A stretch of DNA of 64,000 bases from Octopus vulgaris (lineage: Eukaryota), in NCBI GenBank assembly GCA_951406725.2, contig OX597816.1:10912001-10976000 (forward strand). The letters run 5' to 3'. The translations under genes were made by a program, and so were the position numbers. The notes beneath the pieces were generated by a model. It was not told the origin of the DNA. It made no database searches and saw only the letters and a list, made by a program, of their open reading frames with translations. This document shows, in pieces, positions 1 through 12,478 of this stretch (position 1 is the stretch's first letter; every line of letters begins with the position of its first letter).

Positions 1-96
1 TTAATATATAATGTATGTATAATATATATCTATATCTATCCATCTTTGTATGTATGTATCTATCTATCTATATATATATCTTTCTATCTAACTATC

Positions 97-138
<42 letters not shown>

Positions 139-361
139 AAATCATCTATATTTATATATGTACAGTAATACATACATATATATGTGTATATTTACACACA
201 CACACACATATATACACGCACATATATATACACAGACACATATATACATGCACATAACTTCGTCATTTCATTTTTGTCTTTCTTGAATAAATATCCCTTA
301 AGTCAAATAGGAAAGTAAATTGTTATTTACTTCAGCCTTCTTGAAATTTTATATATCATCC

Positions 362-836
362 TACAACGGAAACAACAACAACAACAACATCATGAACAAC
401 AACAACAACAACAACAATAACAACACACCCTCCACCTCCATGACGACGATCAACACCACCACCACCACCACCACTGCCGCCACTACAATAAAACATTTTT
501 ATATTTTAAGGTTTATTTTATAAATTGCAAATTGATTATCAATACCGCGCCAAACAACAACAACAACAACATCAACAGCAACAACAACAACAAAAACAAC
601 AAAAACAACAGCAGCAACTACAACAACAACAAAAAACAACAACAACAGCAAAAATAACAGCAGCAACAACAACAAAAACAACAAAAACAAAAAGAACAAC
701 AGTATCATCATCATCATCAACAACAACAAAAACAACAACAACAGCAGCATCAACAACAACAACAAAAATAACAGCAGCAACAACAACAGCAGCAGCAGCA
801 ACAACAACAACAACAACAACAAAAAACAACAACAAA

Positions 837-868
<32 letters not shown>

Positions 869-870
869 TG
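362..870. repeat. (CAA/CAG/ACC)n trinucleotide low-complexity tract
   Basis: Continuous imperfect caa/cag repeats; source of the poly-Q/T/N ORFs in the track. Confidence 0.95.
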
Positions 871-1294
871 AGTCCCTCGTGTCTATATATATATATATGT
901 ATGTACACATGTTGCAAGAAAGTGATAAGTTTAAACATTGTTTTTTTCTTTATATTTTTCCTGCTTTTGGACGACGTAAGTATAGTTTGGAGGCATCGGT
1001 TGTGTCTCTTTCTCAGTCATATAAATTTAAGCGCCTAAGTCAATTTATTTAAGAGGAAGCATAAAGAAAAGTATTCTTGGTGTTAAATTTCAGCCTCCTC
1101 TGTTCTTTTTTCTTTTTTTCTTTTCAACATATTTTTCTTTTCAATTAAAGCTACTACACGCCTTCTACGAAGAACTTTATTTTCCCCTCAGAAAAGAAAT
1201 GGGAAATATTTTGGTTAATCAATAATTGAAGTTATTATGAGGAAATGAAATTAAAACGACACTCAGAATTGTAATTATTTTATCCCCTATCCAG

Positions 1295-1334
<40 letters not shown>

Positions 1335-1350
1335 ACAGAAACATATAGAC

Positions 1351-1392
<42 letters not shown>

Positions 1393-1656
1393 CATACATA
1401 CATACATACATACACACATATATATATATACAAATGTGTATATATTATGTATATATATACTTATACATATATTTCTTATATATATATATTTCTCTAGTTT
1501 CTTCTTCTTTCTCATTCATAAATATTTGAAATACCAATATACACCAATGCAAAACTAAAGCATTTAGTTTTCTCTGAGCACTGGTATAAACCGGAGAACT
1601 AGGATGCAAATATTGCTTAAAGGATCATAGGCCCTTCACTTAAATATATATATGTG

Positions 1657-1707
<51 letters not shown>

Positions 1708-1729
1708 TTATATATATACATACATATAT

Positions 1730-1898
1730 TTTCTGCTGTCCTTTTCTCATGGACTTTCCTCCATCTCCTGTTTCTGGTGAAGAGCTTTGCTCGAAATGTA
1801 AAAGCTACCTTTCTTTTCTTCCCTAAGCATCTGTTAATACTTTGCATGTACTACGTCCTGTTTGTTTCTTGTTGTGTTTGTTCTTTGCTTTTTTAAAT
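1730..1898 (+). mobile_element. Short (TA)n-embedded repeat, family E, with decayed minimal hammerhead
   Basis: gttt-CTGGTGA-A-GAGC-ttt-GCTC-GAAA-tg-TA-aaag at about 1770-1804; related to copies at 2067, 4725, 11253 and 21195; flanked by TA runs. Confidence 0.6.
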
Positions 1899-2014
1899 TA
1901 CTATATATATATATATATTTAGTTATATATGTATGTATATATATGTATATATATATCATCATCATCATCATCATTTATATATATATATATATGTGTGTGT
2001 GTATGTATTTATAT

Positions 2015-2065
<51 letters not shown>

Positions 2066-2066
2066 G

Positions 2067-2272
2067 TTAATCCAAACATGAAAACACAAAGAGAAAACAC
2101 AACAACGTAAGGATGTGGAACAAGCATAGTGTTACTGGACGCTCAGGAAAGGAAAGAAAGTAGAAGAATTTAACGTTTTGAGCGGAGCTCTTTGTCAAAA
2201 ACATAGGAGAAGGAAAGATCCAAAGAAGGGAAGATGGAGGAAAAAAGTCGCCAACAATACACACGCGGTCAC
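2067..2272 (-). mobile_element. Family E repeat with decayed minimal hammerhead
   Basis: Similar to 11253-11470; minus strand reads gttt-TTGACAA-A-GAGC-tcc-GCTC-AAAA-CG-TT-aaat; TA flanks. Confidence 0.65.
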
Positions 2273-2539
2273 ATATATATTTAAAGTAATGGGAGGGATT
2301 CACTCCCTTGCTCACTATATCGCGCACAGGATTTGTATTGTTAACTAGCTGCAGGAGGTGCCTTCCTGGAGTTAAAAAAGAGTAGTAACATTGTTCCATA
2401 CAGAACAGCCATGTTGAAGTGGAAACAAACAATATTTTTTGGAGTAGAGTTACTACTTGCATCTCTTATAGAGATTTTAGAACTAGCAAATTTGCTTGCT
2501 GTATATATTCGAAATTCTTGCATTCCAATAATGTTTCTT

Positions 2540-2760
2540 TGCTTTCATTCACTCTTAAATTTGATGGACATATAGGGCTAAGCAAGCTGACACAAGAAAT
2601 CTCTAGTGTGACCTTTTTAACTGATGTACCTGAAGAGATCCAGAATGACAGGTCGAAACATGTGCTGTGCTCAATAAAATCTAATTCACATTCCATCTCC
2701 TATTTTATTAATACTATTACCCCAATCACCACTGTGAAGTTCCTGAAGTAAATCTACGGA
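2540..2760 (+). mobile_element. Penelope pLTR-like repeat, family F, with decayed hammerhead
   Basis: CTGAAGA-gatc...ggtc-GAAA-catgtg followed by aataaa; clearly homologous to 8700-8900. Confidence 0.55.
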
Positions 2761-3304
2761 TAACAACAGGTAACCTAAATTGTGCTCATCATCAATTTAT
2801 ACATTTTGCATAATTTATCCAATATATATATATATATATACATACATACATATATATATATACATATATATATATACATATATATATTATATAATTAGGG
2901 CTTAGTAAAATAAATTACTTTGCCACATACTGAACTTAGTAGAAATAGCAGCCCCAAAAAATTTTTTTAGCCATTTCCAAGCCCTAATTATATAATGTAA
3001 TATTTTGAATTCGCCTTAAATGGTCCTTTTACATACTGAACACTTGGTGAAATTGATTAATTAATTTTACCCTCAATTGTTGATATTATAATTCATTTCT
3101 CTCTGTCATACTGCCTCGGTTCTCGCGGTTAAAATATAATGTTTGCTAGATAGACCACGTGGGTGGAATGGGGAGTGCAGAATTTTACGCCTGCGCATTT
3201 TGAATTTGTTGACACTGTTAGTTGGAGTGGTTCATCTGAAGCGACAAGTTCGCTGATAGGTAAAGTTCCTTCTTTTTAGTGTTTCCAAATCCAAATTAAG
3301 AAAT

Positions 3305-3367
3305 TTTGAGCTGACGAAAGAAATGCTGATTTTATTTGGCTAATCTTGAAACGTTGACGTACTCAAA
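3305..3367 (+). ncRNA. Type I hammerhead ribozyme
   Basis: Stem I tttgag/ctcaaa; CTGACGA 3311-3317; stem II aaga..gctga/ttggc..tctt; GAAA 3348-3351; short near-palindromic stem III ACGTTGACGT; GTA triplet with cleavage after 3361. Confidence 0.85.
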
Positions 3368-3869
3368 CGATCTATGTACTTGTGATATTTTTCTGTATTT
3401 ACCTCCAAACCTTCGTGAGCTGTCTGGAGTAAACATTATCTGAGAGAAATTTTCTTTAAGTAGTGGAAATGGCTAAAAAATTTTTTTTTTTTTGGCTGCT
3501 ATTTCTACTAAGTTCAGTATGTGGCAAAGTAATTTATTTTACTAAGCCCTAATTATATAATGTAATATTTTGAATTCGCCTTAAATGGTCCTTTTACATA
3601 CTGAACACTTGGTGAAATTGATTAATCAATTTTACCCTCAATTGTTGATATTAAAATTCATTTCTCTCTGTCATACTGCCTCGGTTCTCGCGGTTAAAAT
3701 ATAATGTTTGCTAGATAGACCACGTGGGTGGAAGCGGAGTGCAGAAATTTACGCCTGCGCATTTTGAATTTGTTGGCACTTTCAGTCGGAGCTGGTTCAT
3801 CTGAAGCGATAAGTTCGCTGATAGGTAAAGTTCCTTCTTTTTAGTGTTTCCAAATCCAAATTAAGAAAT

Positions 3870-3932
3870 TTTGAGCTGACGAAAGAAATGCTGATTTTAT
3901 TTGGCTAATCTTGAAATGTTGACGTACTCAAA
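3870..3932 (+). ncRNA. Type I hammerhead ribozyme (second tandem copy)
   Basis: Same as 3305-3367 except one C>T in stem III (G-U wobble); cleavage after 3926. Confidence 0.8.
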
Positions 3933-4229
3933 CGATCTATGTACTTGTGATATATTTCTGTATTTACCTCCAAACCTTCGTGAGCTGTCTGGAGTAAACA
4001 TTATCTGAGAGAAATTTTCTTTAAGTAGTGGAAATGGCTAAAAAAATTTTTTTTTGGCTGCTATTTCTACTAAGTTCAGTATGTGGCAAAGTAATTTATT
4101 TTACTAAGCCCTAATTATATAATGTAATATTTTGAATTCGCCTTAAATGGTCCTTTTACATACTGAACACTTGGTGAAATTGATTAATTAATTTTACCCT
4201 CAATTGTTGATATTATACATATATATATA

Positions 4230-4720
<491 letters not shown>

Positions 4721-4724
4721 TATT

Positions 4725-4890
4725 TAATTCAAAGAAGAAACACAAGAAAAAATGTGAGGACATAGCACATGTAAAGTATTAATAAGATACTCGGAGAAAG
4801 AAAAGAGTGGTTGTATTACGTTTCAAGCATAACTCTTCTTTGGAAACGAGAAGCATAGCAAAGTCGAAAAGAAAACGAAGAAGGAGATAT
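4725..4890 (-). mobile_element. Family E repeat, decayed
   Basis: Minus strand gaagagttatgcttgaaacgta; similar to 1730-1898; TA flanks. Confidence 0.5.
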
Positions 4891-4907
4891 GTATATGTAC
4901 AGGTATG

Positions 4908-5195
4908 TACAGGGTGTCTGGGCTAAGTTTGTTTGCATAAAAGGTTAAGAAAACAAATTACCACATCCAAAATTAAAGAATTTTTAAAATGATAAAAATT
5001 TTATTAATTAGATCATGGTTGGGAGATACTCAAAATAGCTGCCCTTTCACCATGGCCTCAAGACAACTCAGGGTCCCAGCGCATGTGTTCTTCGCTGTGT
5101 CCCCGAGAAAATCTTCAAAGATTTTGGCCACCAGCATGGCCTTGCTGTTGTTGACAGAGTAGCTGGTATCTTTCTAAACCATACCCCTTACATGT
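4908..5195 (-). mobile_element. Tc1/mariner transposon 3' remnant
   Basis: TA-cagggtgtc terminus; minus-strand frames give ..KAMLVAKIFEDF..CLEAMVKGSYFE, resembling a Tc1/mariner transposase C-terminus. Confidence 0.55.
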
Positions 5196-5214
5196 ATAGA
5201 AGTGTATAATTATA

Positions 5215-5930
5215 TCGTTGTCATCATTTAATGTCCAAGGGTTGGACGGTTTGACCAGAGCTGGCAAGCTGGGGCGCTACACCAGACTCCAATCTGTTTT
5301 GGCATGGTCTCTATGGCAGGATGTCCTTCCTAACACCAATCATTTTACAGAGTGTGTAGAATGCTTTCATGTGGCACCACACAGGTGCTTTTACATGGAA
5401 TTGCCATGAGTGCTTTTCACCACCAGAGGGACTGGTCTTAACACTTCTGCTGTGGAGTACGGCAAGTCACCAGGTATCTTGTCCTTTGTCATCTTGCCTG
5501 AAAGGTTCAGCTGTCTGAGGTCGTTCTTCAGTACTTTATCCCATGTCTTTTAGGGGTCTTCCTCTTCCACAGATAAGCATTCTTTATGGAGCTGCTGACA
5601 TCCCTCTACATCACATGACCAAACAAGTGCAGTCTTCTTTCCCAAACACAGAAAATAATTCCTCTTATGGTTAAGTTCTCTGTTAAAACACTAAGTCTGT
5701 CGAACAGGTACACTTACAGTTAGATGCCCTTCCTAATGCCAATCACTCTGAGAGAGTAATGGGTGCTTTTATCTGCCATTTGTGTGACACCAGTATCTTC
5801 CACAACTGTGCTTTTGCTCGGCTTCATGGGTCTTCTTCTCAAGCACGACATATTGCCAAAGGTCTTGGTCATTGCCTCTGTGAAGCCCAACACTTGAAAG
5901 GAACTCAGCTACTTTGCCTCTATGAGGCCC
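5215..5930 (-). mobile_element. Decayed RTE-type LINE 3' end
   Basis: Minus strand encodes RRLHLFGHV..GRGRP-like and WDKVLKNDL-like remnants, followed by the common (GAT)n-tailed 3' UTR. Confidence 0.65.
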
Positions 5931-5939
5931 AATATATAT

Positions 5940-5984
<45 letters not shown>

Positions 5985-7182
5985 ATGCTTGTGTGTGTTA
6001 GTTATAGGGATTCACTAGAATCTAGGTACAACACAGAATATCAGGAATGACTAGGTACAATAACATAGAGCTCACAATGAGGCAAAAGAACTATTATGGT
6101 ATCAGGTGTAGGTAGTTTACTATAAATATGTAAGCACCAAATCCTATTTAAACCGTAGATCCAACTCAAGGCAAGTTCTAGGTGTGGCAGAGATATAAAA
6201 AATAACTGGAGTTTAAACCCCATATGTCTTCTCTCTCTCTCTTCCTATCCATCTTTCTCTCTGTCTCTCCCTCTCTCTCTGTATATAACCTCCCCACACA
6301 CATATGTACATAGGAATAAAACCATATATATATTATATATGTTCATAAAAAATATGTATGCACATATTATATGCATGCATGCATACATACATAAATATAT
6401 ACATATATATATATATACATATATACATACATACACACACACATATATATATAAATATATATATATACATTCATGCATACATGCATATATATATACATGG
6501 TGGTTGTCTACTCCTTATGCAGAGTTTGACCACCTCCTGTACCTACACCTTAGAACCATCACGGCATTCTGATGTGGCTTTTTAAACCAGACATTCATAC
6601 ATTCATACATACATACATGCATACATACATTTATATATACATACATTCATACAAGCATGCATGTAAATATTCATATATACATACATACTTGCATACATAC
6701 ATCTGTAAGTGAGAGAAAGAGAAGCAGAACCCAAGGAATGTACAAAGGCTGGAAAGCAATGAGCCATGAATGCTGTGTTGCATGCATAATGTTGGTGTGC
6801 ATGAGTGATAACGCACAATGAACTGAGGGAAAACCTGGGAAGGAGAGGGCCTGGATGGAGTGTGCAAGAGTCTAGACAGGGTAAAAGGATGCCAAGGAAA
6901 TTGAGTAGAAGGAAAGTGCTGAAGATAAAGACCAAGCCAAAGAATGGATGTGGAGGAATGGTGAAGGCTGGTTGTTGTATAGGGAAACCCATCAAGGATA
7001 TGAGGAATTATTATTGTAGAAAATGGTGAGGCATTCAAATCATGGAAGCACAAAACACCTAATGTAAGTGATGACCATGATGATGGTATATACATACATA
7101 CATACAAATATATATAGTTAATCCAAACATGAAAATACCAAGAGAAAACACAACAACGCGAGGATGTGGAACAAATATTATA

Positions 7183-7264
<82 letters not shown>

Positions 7265-7317
7265 TCACTGTCTGTCTATCTATCCATCTAAATATATCTC
7301 TCTGTCTCTCTCTCTCT

Positions 7318-7372
<55 letters not shown>

Positions 7373-7424
7373 CATCGTATGTAAACAAACAAGTTTGTTT
7401 TCGAAGCATTGAAACGTATTGTAA

Positions 7425-7619
7425 AACAAGTAGACAGATAAATTTCATTCAACGCATAGATACTGAACTGTATATATAAAGGATAAAATCCTTTTTAAAA
7501 GCAGAACAATTTACCGTCAGTGGCTGGCGGCAAATATTTCTGCTTTTAAAAAGGATTTCATCCTTTATATATACTGTTCAGTATCTATGCGCTGAATAAA
7601 ATTTATCTTTGTACTTGTT
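7425..7619. repeat. About 195-bp near-perfect palindrome with almost no loop
   Basis: aacaagtagacagataaatttcattcaacgcatagatactgaac... pairs with ...gttcagtatctatgcgctgaataaaatttatctttgtacttgtt; centre near 7521; inside TA microsatellite. Confidence 0.9.
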
Positions 7620-7682
7620 CCATATATATATTTCTATATATAGGTTATTGCCTATCTATCTATCTAATTATCTTTCTCTCTC

Positions 7683-7713
<31 letters not shown>

Positions 7714-7840
7714 TTATATATATATATACACACATATATATGTGTGTATATATATATATAGATCACTGTCTATCTGTCTGTCTGTCAGTCTGACTCTATC
7801 TATCTCTCTCTCTCTTTCTATATATATATATATATATATT

Positions 7841-8492
7841 TCAACAATTGAGGGTAAAATTAATTAATTATTAATTAATTTCACCAAGTGTTCAGTATGC
7901 AAAGGGACCATTTAAGGCGAATTCAAATTATTACAATATATAAAAGGGCTTAGTAAAATAAATTACTTTGCCGCATACTGAACTCATTAGAAATAGCAGC
8001 TAAAAAACTTTTTTAAAAACCATTTCTAATACTTAAAGAAAATCTCTCTCATATAGTGTTTGGTCAACTCAACTCACGAAAGTTTAAGCAGAGTGTTTGT
8101 TGATTTTAACCCACGCTGGTGGAAAGGGGAGAGCAGAAATTCTTCGCTTGCATGTTTGAGTTTGTTGGCACTGTTAGTTACGAGCAGATCTTCGAAAGCG
8201 ATGAGAGGCCGAAAGAGTATGCTCTCATTTTCAGTGTTTTCAAATCCAAACCAAGGAGTTTCTGAGCTGATGATAGAAGTGTCGTGATGACTAATCTTGA
8301 AACGGACGTTCTCAAATAACCTTTGCATTTGATTTTTTGATGTCTTTACCCCCAAACTTTCGTGAGTTGAGTTGACCAAACACTATATGAGAGAGATTTT
8401 CTTTAAGTATTAGAAATGGTTTTTAAAAAAGTTTTTTAGCTGCTATTTCTAATGAGTTCAGTATGCGGCAAAGTAATTTATTTTACTAAGCC

Positions 8493-8503
<11 letters not shown>
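7841..8503. mobile_element. Fold-back copy of the 2.9-4.2 kb hammerhead element family
   Basis: 7841-8085 is a minus-strand copy of the family 3' end and 8090-8503 a plus-strand copy; apparently perfect inverted repeat 7936-8085/8354-8503; TA flanks. Confidence 0.85.
8263..8314 (+). ncRNA. Type I hammerhead ribozyme (diverged homolog of 3305-3367)
   Basis: tgag-CTGATGA(8267-8273)-taga..gtc gtgat gac..tctt-GAAA(8299-8302)-cggacg-TT-ctca; GTT triplet. Confidence 0.7.
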
Positions 8504-8548
<45 letters not shown>

Positions 8549-8552
8549 TATA

Positions 8553-8900
8553 TAGTATTAATTAATAATAGGAAATGGATTTCGCATTAGACTTTTATTT
8601 GGTCCAACATATGCTTCGACCCATCAGTCTCGGTCCCTACAGGATTTCCACATTCATATTTGAATTTTCTGCGTTTCTATAATATTATTTGCTTTTATTC
8701 ATTCCCTAACTTGATGGACATATAACAACAAACCAGTCAATACGAAAAATCTCTAGTGAGACTTCTTGATCAAAGTCCCTGAAGAGACCCAGATTGACAG
8801 GTTGAAACGTGTACCTAATAAAAATCTAATACGAAATCCATCAACTACTATTAATTAATACTATTACCCTAACTGCCAATGTGGAGTTCCTGAAGTAGAT
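8553..8900. mobile_element. Family F fold-back element with two decayed hammerheads in opposite orientation
   Basis: 8553-8648 is an imperfect reverse complement of about 8772-8863; plus arm CTGAAGA-gacc..ggtt-GAAA-cgtg-TA, minus arm CTGTAGG-gacc..ggtc-GAAG-catatg-TT-ggac. Confidence 0.65.
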
Positions 8901-9189
8901 CCAATGGAAGTGTGCCACAACTGTGGTTGACATCAGATAGCCTAAACTGTACCGGTGCTTTACTCAACATTTAAACACACTAATTGGGAACTTACCTCGC
9001 CTGTGCTTGTGTCACATAAAAAGGCACTAAGCCCACTCTGCTGAGTGGTTGGTGTTAGGAAGGGTATCCAGATGTAAAAATCGTGCCAAAACAGTTACAG
9101 AAGCCTGGTGCAGACTTCAGGCTGGCCAGCTCTTGTGATACCGTCCCACTCATTCTAGCATGGAAGATGGACATTGAACGATGATGATA

Positions 9190-10620
9190 AATTGACTTGT
9201 GATTATTTGTCCAAAATATTTATTAGGCCTTCCTATTTTTCTCCCTGTATCCTCGTTAATTATTGTGATGTCACTACCTGTGTCTAACTGTAGTCTCATA
9301 TTCACATTATTTTTGTAGAGACAAATTCTCTTTTTTGTGCCTCGCTTTGCATTTGTGTTGACAATACTTTTTATCTCGAATTTTTTCGTTCACCTTTTCT
9401 TGTTTCGTCCAACTATGTGAATTCTTGTGTCCAACTTCACATCTGAAACGGTTTCATCATCATCATCGTTTAACGTCCTCTTTCCATGTTAGCATGGACT
9501 GGATGATTTGACTGAGGACTGGCGAACCAGATGGCTGCACCAAGCTCCAATCTTGATCTGGCAGAGTTTCTACAGCTGGATGCCCTTCCTAACGCCAACC
9601 ACTCCAAGAGTGTAGTGGGTGCTTTTGCGTGCCACTGGCATGAGGGCCAGTCAGGCAGTACTGGGAACGGCCATGCTCAGATGGTGTTTTTTACATGCCA
9701 CCTGTGCAGGAGCCAATCCAGTGGCACTGGCAACGACCTTACTCAAATGTTTTTTCACGTGCCACTGGCATGGAAGCCAGATAGTGCTCTTAGCGCTCCA
9801 CTAGCACGGATGCCAGTCATCAAATTTGATTTCGATTTCGATTTTAGATTCTTAAAAGGACAGTTTCTTTTGGAATGTATTTCTCCACATCCATAACATG
9901 GTTTAGGTCTTGAGTATTGTTCTTCTTTTTTCTTATCTGTTACAGGTCGACGCTTATGTATATTTGAATAATCTTCTTCAATTTTTTTCTGCTTCCTATC
10001 ATAGATTTATAATTCTTTGGCATTCTTCAGCCACTATTTGTAGAGTTAGTTTTGAATCTTGTTCAAGCTTTGTCAACATTCTAGCCCTTATCTCTGCATC
10101 TTTACTTGCCATTAATCCTTGTACAAAGATTAAACATTTAAACATGTCTGGGCTTAATTCGTTGAGTTTAAATTTTTCACATTCTCTATTTACGATTCTG
10201 GCAAACATGACGAAATCTTCCGTTTCTGTTTTTTGCTTTTTATTCACATTCAAACACTTCCAGCGAATATTAATTAGCAAACTTCTTTCACTGAATATTT
10301 TAGATAATAGCTTAATTGTTTCCTCAAAACAAATTTTGGATGGTTTCCTGGGCAAGATGTAATTACAAAACTTTTCATGTTCTGCTGGTCATAATTTCCT
10401 TAAAAGAAAACGTACCTTTTTTTCATCCATCCAGCTTCTACACTCTTTTACACTCTTCCTTGAAGATTCCTTCATACCTTCTGAAGTATGCAGAAAACAT
10501 AATCCCTTCTTCTGGATTATACATGAATTCTTCAATTGAATTAGCCACTACATCTGATGTAAATGAACCTGAAGTGTTTTTTGACTGCAATAATAATTCC
10601 AACAACTGTTGATTTTGTTG
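9190..10620 (-). mobile_element. Ty3/Gypsy LTR retrotransposon gag-protease remnant
   Basis: ORF 9999-10355 is gag-like (..FKCLIFVQGL..IRARMLTKLE..); CCHC knuckle CYGCGEIHSKRNC near 9860-9900; protease motif LQLDTGSDITII near 9260-9295; stops present; interrupted by a LINE tail. Confidence 0.8.
9455..9840 (-). mobile_element. RTE-LINE 3' UTR / (GAT)n-tailed repeat, family C
   Basis: catcatcgtttaacgtc..ccatg..gcatgg..gatgcccttcctaacgccaaccac signature, seen about 18 times in the window. Confidence 0.85.
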
Positions 10621-10729
10621 TTGTAGTTGCTGTTGTACATGTTCTTGCTATTTCTGTTGTTCTTGTTGTTGCTGTAGTTACCATTGTAACTGTTGCTGTT
10701 ACTGCTCTCGTTATAGTTTTTGTTATAAC

Positions 10730-11183
10730 AGAACCGTTAAATGGAGGATGTTATCTAATAGTCGTGGATAGTTACACGAAATGGCTGAAAATATTTAAAT
10801 GTGGGAATCCAGCCTCCAAAGTAACGATGGAATTTCTGGATGAACTTTTTGCGTGATATGGCAGCCCAGACACTATAGTGTCTGATAATGGAGCACAGTT
10901 CATGTCAAAGGAATTTAAAATCTTTTACAAAATGCATGCAATAGAGCATATTACTACTCCACCATACCATCAGAGATTGAATGGACTTGCAGAACGTTTC
11001 GTAGACATGTTTAAGAGGGTACTGAAAATATCTAGAAGTGAGCTACTAGCTGATACTGCATTAATGAAGTTCTTAAGTGTCCACCAAATAACACCTAACC
11101 CCAACGCCACTTCAGGTATGCTGACAGCTGAACTTATGTCCACCAGGAAAGCCAGGTCAGTGTTTGACAAATTACTACTGTAG
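10730..11183 (+). mobile_element. Ty3/Gypsy integrase core pseudogene
   Basis: YLIVVDSYTKW..LDELFA*YGSPDTIVSDNGAQFMSKEF..TTPPYHQRLNGLAERFV: rve DDE motifs with an in-frame stop. Confidence 0.9.
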
Positions 11184-11252
11184 ATAGATGGATGGGTAGA
11201 AAGATAGATAGACAGACAGATGTTATAAATATATATTATATGTATATATATA

Positions 11253-11470
11253 GTTAATCCAAACAAGAAAACAAAAACAAAAACAAAGAAACACAACAAC
11301 ACAAGGACGTGGAACAAATAAAGTATTATTGGACGCTCAGGAAAGAAGGGAAGAAGGAGGGTTTAACGTTTCAAGCGGAGCTCTTCGTCGTAAACATAGG
11401 AGAAGGAAAGATCCCGAGAAGGGAAGGCAGAGGAAAAAAAAATCGCCAGTGGTACAGACGAGGTCACATA
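11253..11470 (-). mobile_element. Family E repeat with near-consensus minimal hammerhead
   Basis: Minus strand gttt-ACGACGA-A-GAGC-tcc-GCTT-GAAA-CG-TT-aaac; TA flanks. Confidence 0.65.
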
Positions 11471-11477
11471 TATATGT

Positions 11478-11898
11478 TATTGTTGTTGGCATCCTTTTGT
11501 CTCGGGAGATAATGGGGTTGCACATAAACTAATCCAGTCTGGTTTTTCCATTTCATGTCCTCTCCAGTTTTGCGCAGGCCTGGGCTAAATGTAAGAAAAT
11601 CCTGGGTAGCCCAATCATCAGGATTCCACTCTTGACCTTGCTGGCGTAGTCCATATTAGTGCAGAGCATTACGTTTGGCACCAACTTGGTTGCAGGAGCT
11701 GCCAGAAGAGTGTCGAGTCAAACATTAAACTGCCTACGGGGCTCCACTCCGGATTACTTTGAGGGTTGTCACCTTTCCGTAATCCTGGATAGGGGCCCAT
11801 ACCGGGTACTGTCAGCTGGAGCCAGCTGAGCCCGGGACTCATGTCAGGCAGGGTTGTCACTCCCTGAAGTAGTGAAGAAAATCGCTACCCACTACCTA

Positions 11899-11900
<2 letters not shown>
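11478..11900 (-). mobile_element. Unclassified GC-richer interspersed element ending in (AAC)n
   Basis: GC-rich island bounded by gttgtt/aacaac repeats, with hairpin tcagctgg..ccagctga; single copy in this window. Confidence 0.35.
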
Positions 11901-11930
<30 letters not shown>

Positions 11931-12400
11931 CATACACACACACACACACATATATATATATGTATACATTTATATGTATGTTTATAAATAAATATATATA
12001 TATCTATATAAGTGCGAGAGAAATAGAGTGAGAGATAGGGAGAGTAAAAAACACATTAGAGAAAGAGGGGGACAAAAGTACATGAAAGAGAGAGCAAGAG
12101 AGAGTGAGAGTGAGAGTGAGATGGAGGAGGAGAGAGACAGATTTGTAGAGAATATGCTTGTGCATAATATATTTGCTCGCCAGCAGAACTAAACCAAAAA
12201 TAGCTGTTAGCTTTACGATAATAACACGGCAGATTTTTTACATGAACAGTTTAGCCAAAGATGAAAGGGGGCCTCAGAATACGAAATGAATGGGAGAAAA
12301 AGAATAAGCAATATTTACAGCAGCAAAAAGCATTATGACTTCCATTCATAAACTATTTACTAATATCTACGTGCATACATATATATATATATATATATAT

Positions 12401-12478
<78 letters not shown>

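Larger units (their letters stand above)
2888..4215 (+). mobile_element. Hammerhead-containing tandem element (about 565-bp unit x2.2, with a 5' inverted segment); retrozyme or non-autonomous Penelope-like
   Basis: gccctaattatataatg recurs at 2981, 3546 and 4108 (periods 565 and 562). 2888-2978 is the reverse complement of about 3464-3560. (TA)n on both sides; one hammerhead per unit. Confidence 0.85.

Noticed and set aside
15-1052. Poly-Q/T/N and YI/MYVC-type ORFs here and throughout the ORF track
   Set aside because: They are translations of microsatellites, open in several frames on both strands; there is no evidence of coding function.
8074-8379. 101-aa minus-strand ORF, and the 75-aa plus-strand ORF sharing its N-terminus
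   Set aside because: The shared start is a by-product of the inverted repeat, no domain is recognisable, and the track shows no equivalent ORF in the 3-kb copies.
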